Under the pieces are notes generated by a model. It searched no databases. It was not told the origin of the DNA and saw only the letters and a program-made list of their open reading frames with translations. The position numbers were made by a program, and so were the translations under genes. Positions 11,095 through 21,800 of a stretch of 64,000 nucleotides of DNA are shown here, piece after piece. How positions within the stretch are numbered: the stretch's first letter is position 1; the number at the start of each line of letters is the position of its first letter. Source of the stretch: Mustelus asterias (taxonomy: Eukaryota); contig NC_135824.1 in the NCBI RefSeq assembly GCF_964213995.1, forward strand, positions 52,452,001-52,516,000. Reading direction: 5' to 3'.

Positions 11095-11615
11095 ACTACA
11101 TTCTGCACTCTCTCATTTCCTTCTCTATGAACGGTATTCTTTGACTGTATAGCGCGCAAGAAACAATATTTTTACTGTACGTTAATACACGTGACAATAA
11201 TAAATCAAATCAAAATTGGATCACACCAAAACTGAAGGTTTGGGAGTGATGTCACAGCTTATAATGGGGGGAAGCAAATCAATGTACCTTTCTGCTTCGG
11301 GGAGAGGAGGAATCAGGGCTGTTTAGATTAACCCTCCTCCTGGGGTGGCACAGTGGTCAGCACTGCTGCCTCAGCTCCAGGACCCGGGTTCAATTCCAAG
11401 CTTGGGTCACCATCTGTGCGGAGTTTGCTCGTTCTCCCCGCTTGGGTTTCCTCCCACAGTCCGAAAGATGTGCTGGTTAGGGTGCATTGGCCGTGCTAAA
11501 TTCTCCCTCCGTGTACCCGAACAGGAGTGTGGCGACTAGGGGATTTTCACAGTAACTTCATTGCAGTGTTAATATAAGCCTTACTTGTGACAGTAATAAA
11601 TAAACTTTAAAAAAA
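11095..11615 (+). mobile_element. Rex1/Babar-like LINE 3' tail (11095-11215) followed by a tail-2 V-SINE (11343-11615)
   Basis: The tail matches the 3' end of the LINE at 57800-59172 (...GTGACAATAATAAATCAAATCAAA); the SINE has head, core and tail-2. Confidence 0.85.
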
Positions 11616-12075
11616 AACTAAAACTGTCCATAACAATACCTCTTTGTAATTTTTGCTTCTATCTACACTGCAAACAATGCTCCCTATTTTTTTATTGCAA
11701 TGGGAAATTTGAATATATGGCTTTTTATCCTGTCATCTAGGACATTGATAAATACACAGAGTAGCTGAGGTCCCAACACACATCCTGGGTGGGGGAAACA
11801 CCACCACCCGCCATACCTTGCCAGTTAGAGTACCTGCCCATTATCCCGACTCTGGCTCTTGAGGTCCAGCCAATTTCCTGACCAGATCAAGAATTGCTGT
11901 CAACTCCATGAGTTTCCACTTTCACTAACCCGTCCCTTTATGAGGGAGATTATCAAATGTGGCCTCTCGGAGTTAAAACATTTACTCTGTTTTCTCTCTC
12001 CTGATCTGCTGGGTTTTTCCAGCATTTTCTGTTTTTGTTTCAGATTTCCAGTAGTCTTAGTCTTCTGCTTGATTA

Positions 12076-12330
12076 TAGACCAGGAGTTCCCTAACTGGGG
12101 CTTGTGGGTCCCCAGGGGTCTGTGAAGGGTCTCTGGGGATCTGAGAAGCTCACGGCTGCCAGGTGACCGGTGGTTCAAATGTGCAAAATTTAAAAAGGAT
12201 TAGAGAAATCAAATAGGCAATCAGAGCAAGATGTTGGAGCGCTGACAGGCTGTCTATCAGTCCATCAGCATCCAGTGCTCTGAGAGATCTTGCTCCAATT
12301 GGCCCATTTGATTCACTCTATCTCGCTGTT
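12076..12330 (+). mobile_element. Probable non-autonomous hAT-like DNA transposon end with an internal imperfect inverted repeat (12201-12320)
   Basis: Starts CAGGAGTTCCCTAACTGGGG, resembling hAT termini; arm TAGAGAAATCAAATAGGCAATCAGAGCAAGAT pairs with ATCTTGCTCCAATTGGCCCATTTGATTCACTCTA. Confidence 0.45.
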
Positions 12331-12778
12331 CCTGGGCAGAATGGCCTGTAGCCATCAGTGAGGCTGAGGTGGGGCAGGAGTGGGCAGGAGATAAATTGGC
12401 CAGAAGCTGGTCTGTGAGGATAGGCTTCTAGCTGGTGGCTTGGGAATGGAGCGGTGAGGTTTGGGGGTCGGGAATGGTGGGGTAGTGGGGGTAGGTGTTT
12501 GGGCCTTGGAGTGTGTGACTGTGTTTGTGAGGGTGAATGTGTGTGAACGGGAGACAGAGTCGCATACATAGAATCAGAGAATCCTACAGTGGAGAAGAAG
12601 GCCATTTGGCCCATCGAGTCTGCACCGACAATTATCCCATCCAGTCCTATCCCCATAACCCCATGCATTTACCCGAGCTAGTCCCCCTGACTCTAAGGAG
12701 CAATTTAGCATGGCCAATCCACCTAACCAGCACATCTTGTGTGTGAGAGAGAGAGAGATGTGTGTGTCCGATAATAGA

Positions 12779-12884
12779 TGTGGAGATGCCGGCGTTGGAC
12801 TGGTAAACACAGTAAGAAGTCTAACAACACCAGGTTAAAGTCCAACAGGTTTAACTTTAACCTGGTGTTGTTAGACTTCTTACC
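12779..12884. mobile_element. Penelope-like fold-back insertion with an 11-bp target duplication
   Basis: TSD CCGATAATAGA at 12768-12778 and 12885-12895; internal inverted repeat GTAAGAAGTCTAACAACACCAGGTTAAAGT / ACTTTAACCTGGTGTTGTTAGACTTCTTAC. Confidence 0.8.
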
Positions 12885-13427
12885 CCGATAATAGAATCAG
12901 CTTTCCAGCATCATTCCTCTCACTAAAAATGACAAAGGATAAGACTTATATATGCGTTTGATCAGAGAAGGTTTAATTATTACAAGATGACTCTATATGT
13001 ATAGATATAGCGATAAAACACTTGTTTACATCTGATTTCTGTGTTCTCATCTATTTCGTGGCAAAACCCAGGGTGCTGACATTATGAGAATGCTTGAGGT
13101 TTCCCAATGCTCTGGGTAAGTCATGAAGGGTTGTGTGGCTGGAAAAGTTTTGGAAACCTTGCTTTCCCTGTCCACTAGCCACCTCTTCAACAGATTTAAC
13201 CAGGTTTGTCAGACATGACATTCCATAGAACGTGGGAGAACGTGCAAACTCCACACAGACAGTGACCCAAGCTGGGAGTCGAATCCGAATCCCTGGCGCT
13301 GTGAGGCAGCAGTGCTAACCACTGTGCCACCCAAGAAGAAATGCTTGCCCCAGCTCCTCACCCAACACCACTTCACTCCTTTTCCCACTCCACCCCTCCA
13401 TCAAATACTCCTCCACCTCCTCTCCCG

Positions 13428-14322
13428 TGGGTCAGCACAGTGGTTAGCACTGCTGCCTCACAGCCCCAGAGACGCAGGTTCAATTCCTGCCTCTGGTGAC
13501 TGTTTGTGTGGAGTTTGCACGTTCTACCCGTGTCTGCGTGGGTTTCCTCCGGGTGCTCCGGTTTCCTCCCCCAGTTTCAAAGATGTATAGGTTGGGTGGA
13601 TTGGCCATGCTAAATTGCTCCTTAGTGTCCAAAGATGTGCAGGTTAGGTGGATTGGCCAAACTAAATTGCCCCTTAGTGTCCAAAGATGTGCAGGTTAGG
13701 TGGATTGGCCATGCTAAATTGTCCCTTAGTGTCCAAAGATGTGCAGGTTAGGTGGACTGGCCGTGCTGAATTGCCCCTTAGTGTCCAAAGATGTGCAGGC
13801 TCGGTGGATTGGCCATGCTAAATTGCCCCTTAGTGTCCAAAGATGTGCAGGTTAGGTGGATTGGCCATGCTAAATTGCCCCTTAGTGTCCAAAGATGCGC
13901 AGGTTAGGTGGATTGGCCATGCTAAATTGCCCCTTGGTGTCCAAAGATGTGCAGGTTAGGTGGATTGGCCATGCTAAATTGCCCCTTAGTGTCCAAAGAT
14001 GCGCAGGTTAGGTGGATTGGCCATGCTAAATTGCCCCTTGGTGTCCAAAGATGTGCAGGTTAGGTGGACTGGCCATGCTAAATTGCCCCTTAGTGTCCAA
14101 AGATGTGTAGGTTAGGTGGATTGGCCATGCTAAATCACCCCTTAGTGTCGAAAGATGTGCAGGTTAGGTGGATTGGCCATGCTGAACTGTCCCTTGGTGT
14201 CAGAGATTAACAGGGTAAAAACGTGGGGTTACGGGGATAGGGCCTGTGTGGGATTGTTGTTGGTGCAGGCTTGATGGGCCGAATGGCCTCCTTTTGCACT
14301 GGAGGGATTCTGTGATTCTATG
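13428..14322 (+). mobile_element. V-SINE with an internal 52-bp unit expanded to about 12 tandem copies (13580-14200)
   Basis: Unit TTAGTGTCCAAAGATGTGCAGGTTAGGTGGATTGGCCATGCTAAATTGCCCC at exact 52-bp periodicity between an intact SINE head and tail. Confidence 0.93.
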
Positions 14323-14579
14323 ACTCCATCAAATTGTCCCCAATTTCCTCTCCCACTCCACCTCTTTGCCCTCCTAGCACTTTCCCCGTTAAAAATGCCG
14401 TTTTTGGAATTGGAGGCGTGACTGTGCTGTATTTTTTTCTCCCTACGCAGATGTCATATCTCAGTGTCTCTAACCCGTGATGTCCTGATCACTGAGTGAA
14501 CTGACCAGCAGAAAGTGTCGGGGTCGAGGGATGGTCAGTCTGAGGCCCAAAGGTGGATTGACAGAGGCCGGCTCCTGCC

Positions 14580-14815
14580 ATGTCCAACATGGAAATGGTG
14601 CAAGCGATGAGGGGAAATCCCAGCCAGGACAAGCCTGATGGTTCAGAGTGGTCGATGTTGCCCCCTCCTCCTCCACCTCCCCTGCCTCCACCGTTCCTGC
14701 CCCTTCCTTCAGTCCCACCGAGAAAGAAACTGTACCAGATTCTTGCAGAAGGGCCAATGCCCGTGATTGGGGACCGGGAGGAGGTGAAGATGTTGCTCAA
14801 GAACAGACCCGACAA
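14580..14815 (+). CDS. ACTMAP: ACTMAP (actin maturation protease, C19orf54) coding exon 1, proline-rich N-terminus
   Basis: Exon starts at 14451 after acceptor tttttttctccctacgcag; ATG in GCCATG at 14580; encodes MSNMEM...LPPPPPPPLPPPFLP...GDREEVKMLLKNRPD; donor AA|GTATGT (phase 2). The true start could be a later in-frame ATG. Confidence 0.85.
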
Positions 14816-15127
14816 GTATGTACAGTGCAGGAAAGCGTGAGCCAAGTTTATTACGGGTTTCCTGACTCTCTGGCAGGTTTCAGGCACACAGACCTTGCAG
14901 GATGAAACCTTGACGCTGACCAGTGAGGATACACGCAACAACAGCTCAGTGTAATCCATACCCTGACATTCAGTGAGTTCATGACTGATCTGAGGCCTGA
15001 CTCCATATTCTCCCCTTTGCCCTGTAGCCCAAAGGTGTTAAGGGATATGGGTGAAAGCAGGGAGTGTGGAGTTAGGTCACAGGTCAGCCATGATCTCCTT
15101 GAATGGTGGAATGTGCTAAATTATCAA

Positions 15128-15402
15128 GTGGCACTGCTGCCTCACAGCGCCAGGAACCCGGGTTCGATTCCCAGCTTGGGTCACTTTCTGTGCGGAGTTT
15201 GCACATTCTCCCTGTTTCCTCCGGGTGCTCCGGTTTCCTCCTGCAGTCCGAAAGACGTGCTGGTTAGGTGCATTGGTCATGCTAAATTCTCCCTCAGTGT
15301 ACCCAAACAGGTGCCGGAGTGTGGCGACTTGGGGATTTTCACAGTAACTTCATTGCCGTGTTAATGTAAGCCTACTTGTGACACTAATAAATAAACGTAA
15401 AC
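15128..15402 (+). mobile_element. Tail-2 V-SINE
   Basis: V-core plus tail GCTAAATTCTCCCTCAGTGTACCC...CTACTTGTGACACTAATAAATAAAC. Confidence 0.9.
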
Positions 15403-15505
15403 TGCTCTGAGCTGCCTCTGCAGCACAATGGGCCAGCTGTGTGTTATCGTAGATTTCCCTAGGTAAATTATCCCATGTTAACGCCGTCTCCACTAACAGG
15501 CTTAA

Positions 15506-16560
15506 GGGAGATGTCGGCGCAGTGGTAATGTCACTGGGCTAGCTGGGGCTAATGCCCCTGGGGGCATGGGTTCAAATCCCACCACAGCAGCTGGTGTAAT
15601 TTAAAATTCAGTGAATAAAATCTGGAATTGAAAGCTCGTCTCAGTAACGGTGACCATGAAACTGTCATCGATTGTTGGGTAGCACGGTGGTTATCACTGC
15701 TGCTTCACAGCTCCAGGGACCTGGGTTCGATTCCCGGCTTGGGTCACTGTCTGTGTGGAGTTTGCACATTCTCCTCGTGTCTGCGTGGGTTTTCTCCAGG
15801 TGCTCCGGTTTCCTCCCTCAGTCCAAAGATGTGTAGGTTAGGCTGATTGGCCAGGTTAAAAATTGCCCCTTAGTGTCCTGGGATACGTAGGTTAGCGGGA
15901 TTAGTGGGTAAATATGTAAGGATATGGGGATAGGGCCTGGGTGGGATTGTGGTCAGAGCAGACTCGATGGGCCAAATGGCCTCTTTCTGTGCTGTAGGGT
16001 TTCTAAGATTCTAATGCCCTTTAGAATCATAGAATCCCTGCAGTACAGAAAGAGCCCATTCGGCCCATTGAGTCTGCACCAACCTTCTGACAGAGCATCT
16101 TAACCAGGCCTACCCCCGGAACTCCACATATTTACCCCGCCAATCCCCGCCCCCCCCCAATCTACACCTGTTGGGACACTAAGGGTCAATTTAGCATGGC
16201 CAATCCACCTAGCCTGCACATTTTGAGACTGCGGAAGGGAACTGGAGCACCCGGAGGAAGTCCACGCAGACACGGAGAGAACATGCAAACTCCGTCCAGA
16301 CAGTCACCCAAGATCGGAATTGAACCCGGGTCCCTGGCACTACGAGGGAGCAGTGCTAACCACTCTGCCACCGTGCCGTCCTCCTTTTAGGGAAGGAAAT
16401 CTGCCATCCTTACCTGGTCTGGCCTTCATGTGACTTCAGACCTGCAGCAACATGGTTGACTCTTAACTGCCCTCTGAAATGGCCTCGCAAGCCACTCAGT
16501 TCAAGGGCAGTTAGGGATGGGCAATAAATGGTGGAACGCACTTCCCACAAAAGATTCTTT
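15506..16560. mobile_element. Older tRNA-headed SINE interrupted by two tail-to-tail inverted V-SINEs (15677-16012 +, 16021-16378 -)
   Basis: Host head GGCGCAGTGGTAATGTCACT...GGTTCAAATCC; host body resumes at about 16380 (TTTAGGGAAGGAAATCTGCC) and ends GGGATGGGCAATAAATG. Confidence 0.8.
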
Positions 16561-16785
16561 AATAAAGCACTCTGCTGTGTGTGCTTAGCTTCAGAGTGTA
16601 CATCTCTATGCTATTACAGGCTAAGAGCATATTCTCCAAATGATATGAGAGGTTAATGCCTGGTAACTGTGCTATTAAAGGTAAAACAGTGCATCTGTGT
16701 GTCATTGTAGAGTTAGCAGCTATTGCAGTTTAACAGCTTGCTATAAGGTTTTACGGTAATGACTGAGATTTTTTTTTAATTTCAG

Positions 16786-16854
16786 TTTTAACAAAGAACT
16801 GAATTGGCTCCTTATTAATAAACATGTTCCCTCGCTGATCCAGGATGGCCCACA
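16786..16854 (+). CDS. ACTMAP: ACTMAP coding exon 2: (N)FNKELNWLLINKHVPSLIQDGP(Q)
   Basis: Acceptor ttttttttaatttcag, donor CA|GTGAGT, 69 nt; matches the C19orf54 PSLIQEGPQ motif. Not in the ORF track. Confidence 0.93.
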
Positions 16855-17404
16855 GTGAGTATCCAATTCTGTTTCTATTTCATATCAAAGTGTAACAGTG
16901 ATGGCCAAACTAGGCGAGTGAGTTGTCCACGTAAGTGGCCCTCCTTCATCTCAGTGGTCACAAGATTGAAATCGGGCTTGTTCACTAACCGTGACCCCAT
17001 GAATAAAATTAAATATGTTTAATACACATTGAATATTTCATAGCGAATTACAAAAGATGCTTCATTTATATATTAATAGAACTGTCATCAACTTTGAATG
17101 GTTAAAAGCAAAAAGATTTATGCTTTGATTGGACACAGAGGGAGTGCACGGCTCTCACAGTCAGTGTTGTGAGCAATCAGCACACACCTCACCTCACCTG
17201 CCCTTGCTTTACGTGCGAATCGCCTCAGTCATGTCAGTAGGAAAAAAAGCTACGTGGTGAAAACCAGTGGCAACTTTGCATGTAGGTCACACTCAGAACC
17301 CTGATGGGCCGCATGTGGCTCACTACTGACGCGCACTGATAAAAACAGAAAATCTCGTAAATATTCAGCTTTAGCAACATCTGTGGTGAAACACAACAAG
17401 CAGT

Positions 17405-18183
17405 GTTGTTAGCACTGCTGCCTCACATCGCCAGGGACCCGGGTTCAATTCCAGCCTCGGGTGACTGTCAATTGTGGAGTTTGCACATTCTCCCCGTGTC
17501 TGCGTGGGTTTCCTCCGGGTGCTCCGGTTTCCTTTCACAGTCCAAAGATGTGCAGGTTAGGCGGATTGGCCTTGCTAAATTACCCCTTAGTGTCCAAAGA
17601 TGTGCAGGTTGATGCACCACCAATCAAGCAAAAACTAGTTTGTATGCAAGAACAAATAGGCTTTTATTAGCAAAAGACTTGGAGCACACCCATGCTGATG
17701 AACTGGTCCAGAGACTGAGGCAGGGGGGTGGGGAGCAGTCCCCTTTATACCTGGACCAGGGGGAAGAGGAGTCCCGGGCTGGGCCGGCAGGGACGTGTCC
17801 AGGCATGTCACACACACAGGCAATAAGCTAACAGTGGTTTACCACACAGGTTAGGTGGATTGGCCATGCTAAATTACCCCTTAGTGTCCAAAGATGTGCA
17901 GGTTAGGTGGATTGGCCATGCTAAATTGCCCCTTAGTGTCCAAAGATGTGCAGGTTAGGTGGATTGGCCATGCTAAATTGCCCCTTAGTGTGCAAAGATG
18001 TGCAGGTTAGGCGGATTGGCCATGCTAAATTGCCCCTTAGTGTCCAAAGATGTATGGGTTGGGGGATTAGTGGGATAAATACCTGTGTTTATGGGAATAG
18101 GGCCTTGGTGGGATGCTCTGTTGGAGAGTCGGTACAGATCAAATGGGCCGAATGGCCTCCTGCATTGCAGGGATTCTATTCTA
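17405..18183 (+). mobile_element. V-SINE with several 52-bp tandem units, interrupted by a solo LTR
   Basis: Head, core, repeated 52-bp unit and CR1-like tail. Confidence 0.9.
17610..17846 (-). mobile_element. Solo LTR (237 bp) of an LTR retrotransposon or ERV
   Basis: TG...CA termini; 5-bp TSD CAGGT (17605-17609 and 17847-17851); on the minus strand TATAAA (17749-17744) precedes AATAAA (17668-17663). Confidence 0.85.
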
Positions 18184-18678
18184 TGAAACAGAATTAACAT
18201 TTCTGAGCACAGGTCTACATCCTAAAACGTTAGCTCTGCTTATCTCTCTCTACCACCTGATCTGATGAGTGAGGGCACTTTCCTCAGTGTGTTGGCAGGC
18301 AATCGACTGCCCATTCGTTCTCATTTCTGTAGACGGGATTGCACTTTGCGCAAAATTGTCATTGCGTCAATCAACCTGACAATATTGGCTGCCTTCAGAG
18401 TGATTCAGTTCACACCGAGTGCTTTGAAGTGTGATCTATAAAAACAAAGCTTTCTATCCAAATGTGATCCAAAATCGGCACAGTTCTCAAATCTCCCACT
18501 CATGCCCGTCAGATGAAATTTTAACATGAGGTGTTTCTCTGTTGGAATTAAGGGTTCATTTCCCACCTGTAGTCCAACCTGTTGGTGAATTCCAGCCCAA
18601 GTGTGGACCCCACTCCCGTCTGTAAACTCAGCCCTTCCACCTGAGGGCTGCTGCTTGTTGTGTTTTCTTGTTCTTCAG

Positions 18679-18803
18679 GTGTGGCCTGGTCGCTCTGTGG
18701 ATGGCCGGACATTTGCTGAACATGTGTGAGGTGAAGGATCTGGAGGAGATTGTCGGCTGTGCGAAGGCCAGAGGCTACACCGTTCAGGGAGAGATGTTCT
18801 CAG
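18679..18803 (+). CDS. ACTMAP: ACTMAP coding exon 3 with the catalytic Cys motif: CGLVALWMAGHLL...ARGYTVQGEMFS
   Basis: Acceptor ttcttcag|G, donor CAG|GTATCT, 125 nt; GPQCGLVALWMA and RGYTxQGEMFS are diagnostic of C19orf54. Confidence 0.96.
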
Positions 18804-18904
18804 GTATCTTCCAACACACAACAGCGAGATATGTGCTGACTCTGCTCCTTCTGTTGCTCCATGTTCTCTTTATTGTCTGTCCCTATCTTACTTTCTGTGT
18901 CATT

Positions 18905-19471
18905 CATAGAATCCCTACAGTGCAGAATGCAGACTCCACTCAGACAGTGACCCAAGCCAGGAATCGAACCCGGGTCCCTGGCACTGTGATGCAGCAGTGC
19001 TAACCACTGTGCCGCCCCCAGTCTTTGGACTGTCGGAGGACACCGGAGCACCGGGAGGGAGCCCATGCAGACAGGGGGAGAATGTGCAAACTCCACGCAG
19101 TCATCCAAGGCTGGAATTGAAATCGGGTCCTTGGAGCTGTGTGGCAGCAGTTCTATTCATCTGATCATAGACTCCTACAGTGCAGAAGGAGGCCATTCAG
19201 CCCATCGAGTCTACATCGACCACAATCCCACCCAGGCCCCATTCCCATAACCCCATGCATCCACTCTAGCTAGGCCCGGAATACTAAGGGACAATTCGTC
19301 ATGGCTAACCCACACATCCTTGGAGTGTGGGAGGAAAGCGGAGCACCCAGAGGAAACCCATGCAGACATGGGGAGAATGTGCAAACTCCACACAGACAGT
19401 GACCCAAGCCGGGAATTGAACCCGGGTCCCTGGCGCTGTGAGGCAGCAGTGCTAACCACTGTGCCACCGTG
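18905..19471 (-). mobile_element. Two V-SINE copies (one rearranged at 18905-19150, one near full length at 19165-19471)
   Basis: Reverse-complement V-core and head sequences. Confidence 0.88.
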
Positions 19472-19851
19472 CTTCCTGGACAATAGTCACCCCTCAACCA
19501 ATATCATTGAAATAGATAATTTGGGCATTATCATATTCAATCGAGGCATCCATGATGATTATTTGCATAGAAGCAATGTGCAGGGGTATGAGGGAAAAGG
19601 CAGGGGAATGGTACTAAGTCATGATGCTCGTTTGGAGAGCCAGTATAGTCAAGATGGGCCAAATGGCCTCCTTCTGCGCCATAACGATTCTGTGATATTG
19701 GTGTGTGTGCGTGGGCCTTCCTGTATTCAAATTGGTTGCTGCATTTCCTATATCACAATAGTGACGACACTTCAAAAGTATTTAAATCGATTTGCAATAT
19801 TCCTGAGGTTGTGCTATAATTAAATGTAATTTCTTTCTCTTCCGATTCCAG

Positions 19852-19981
19852 GTGCCGATATGGTGAAACTGGCAGAGGAGGTTTTTGAATGCCAAGGTGA
19901 ACTCCTCCACGAGGGCTTAACGGGATGTAACAAAGCCAGAATAATGCACCACCTCCTCGCTGGTTACCCTGTGTTGTTACC
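19852..19981 (+). CDS. ACTMAP: ACTMAP coding exon 4: (G)ADMVKLAEEVFECQGELLHEGLTGCNKARIMHHLLAGYPVLL(P)
   Basis: Acceptor ttccgattccag; 130 nt in frame; ends at U12-type donor CC|GTATCCTTA. Confidence 0.94.
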
Positions 19982-20069
19982 GTATCCTTACGACAGTTAA
20001 TTACATTGACATTTGAGATGGTCTCTTCCCGAACAGCTCCAGGCCGCAAACCAGTGACGTTTCAAATCA

Positions 20070-20775
20070 AGAGTATAGAAACACAGAGGGACCTAGGTGC
20101 GCAAGTCTACAAATCCTTGAAGGTGGCAGCACAGGTGGAGAAGGTGGTGAAGAAGGCATATGGTATGCTTGCCTTTATAGGACGGGGTATAGAGTATAAA
20201 AGCTGGAGTCTGATGATGCAGCTGTATAGAACGCTGGCTAGGCCACATTTGGAGTACTGCGTCCAGTTCTGGTCGCCGCACTACCAGAAGGATGTGGAGG
20301 CTTTAGAGAGAGTGCAGAGAAGGTTTACCAGGATGTTACCTGGTATGGAGGGTCTTAGCTATGAGGAGAGATTGGGTAAACTGGGCTTGTTCTCCCTGGA
20401 AAGACAGAGAATGAGGGGTGACCTAATAGAGGTGTACAAAATTATGAAGGGTATAGATAGGGTGAACAGTGGGAAGCTTTTTCCCAGGTCGGAGGTGATG
20501 ATCACGAGGGGTCACGGGCTCAAGGTGAGAGGGGCGAAGTATAACTCAGATATTAGAGGGATGTTTTTTACACAGAGGGTGGTGGGGGCCTGGAATGCGC
20601 TGCCAAGTAGGGTGGTGGAGGCAGACACGCTGGCATCGTTTAAGACTTACCTGGATAGTCACATGAGCAATCTGGGAATGGAGGGATACAAACGGATGGT
20701 CCAGTTGGACCAATGAGCGGCACAGGCTTGGAGGGCCGAAGGGCCTGTTTCCTGTGCTTTATTGTTCTTTGTTTG
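20070..20775 (+). mobile_element. CR1-clade LINE 3' fragment, young (frame intact to the ORF2 stop)
   Basis: ORF 20006-20716: RDLG.QV...LARPHLEYCVQFWSPHY...TRGH.LK...FFTQRVVGAWNALP; 3' tail GAGGGCCGAAGGGCCTGT. Confidence 0.93.
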
Positions 20776-20916
20776 TTTGGATTGCTAGCTCAGGCTTCTT
20801 GAGTTACATAACTTGCTTTGAGTTCCTGGTTCTCCGCTTGCAAGGAAGCTAAGGGTACATTCCAGGGGTTAGTTGGCCTCCCATACCCCACACAATGGCC
20901 ATTCTACATATATACT

Positions 20917-21800
20917 CATAGAAATCATAGAAACCCTACAGCGCAGAAGGAGGCCATTCGGCCCATCGAGTCTGCACCGACCACAATCCCACCCAGGCCC
21001 TACCCCCACATATTTTACCCGCTAATCCCTCTAATCTATACATCCCAGGACTCTAAGGGGCAATTTTTTTTTTTTAACTTGGCCAATCAACCTAACCCAC
21101 ACATCTTTGGACTGTGGGAGGAAACCGGAGCACCCGGAGGAAACCCACGCAGACACGAGGAGAATGTGCAAACTCCACACAGACAGTGACCCGAGCCGGG
21201 AATCGAACCCGGGACCCTGGAGCTGTGAAGCAGCAATGCTAACCACTGTGCTACCGTGCCGCCCCCACCCCCACCCCCACCCATTGCCCCCCCGCGGCAT
21301 ATTTTTCAGTGGCAGAGGTGGCCTGTTATTGGTCAGCGGTGGGATCTTCCCGGTCCCACCAACATCTATGGAATTTTGTGTGCCCCTCCGCCGCGCCACG
21401 GGGGATACCACCGACGGCAGGACCGGAAGATCCTATGGGGAGGGCGGAGACATGGTGAACAGGAGCTAGAATCCTGGACCGTTTGCACCATCCACTCATA
21501 AGTGGTTACACAGCGGTTAGCACGGCTGCCTCACAGTGCCAGGGAACCCGGGTTCGATTCCCAGCTTGGGTCCCTGTCTGTGCGGAGTCTGCACGTTCTC
21601 CCTGTGTCTGCGTGGGTTTCCCCCGAGTGCTCCGGTTTCCTCCCACAGTTCGAAAGATGTGCTGGTTTTGGCCATGCTAAATTCTCCCTCAGTGTACCCA
21701 AACAGGCGCCGGAGTGTGGCGACTAGGGGGATTTTCACAGTAGCTTAATTGCAGTGTTAATGTAAGCCTACTTGTGATACTAATAAATAAACTTTACTTT
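20917..21800. mobile_element. V-SINE (20917-21263, -), MITE-like fragment (about 21290-21432) and tail-2 V-SINE (21505-21800, +) inside the U12 intron
   Basis: SINE cores in opposite orientations; the middle segment resembles the GC-rich MITE at 45330-45520. Confidence 0.8.

Noticed and set aside
13580-14200. Possible CRISPR array
   Set aside because: Head-to-tail 52-bp units with no unique spacers, embedded in a SINE.
14816-14840. ORF-track extension of ACTMAP exon 1 to a stop at 14840, or a donor at 14837 (GTGAGC)
   Set aside because: Only the donor at 14816 gives the phase-2 junction and the expected alignment with the next exon.
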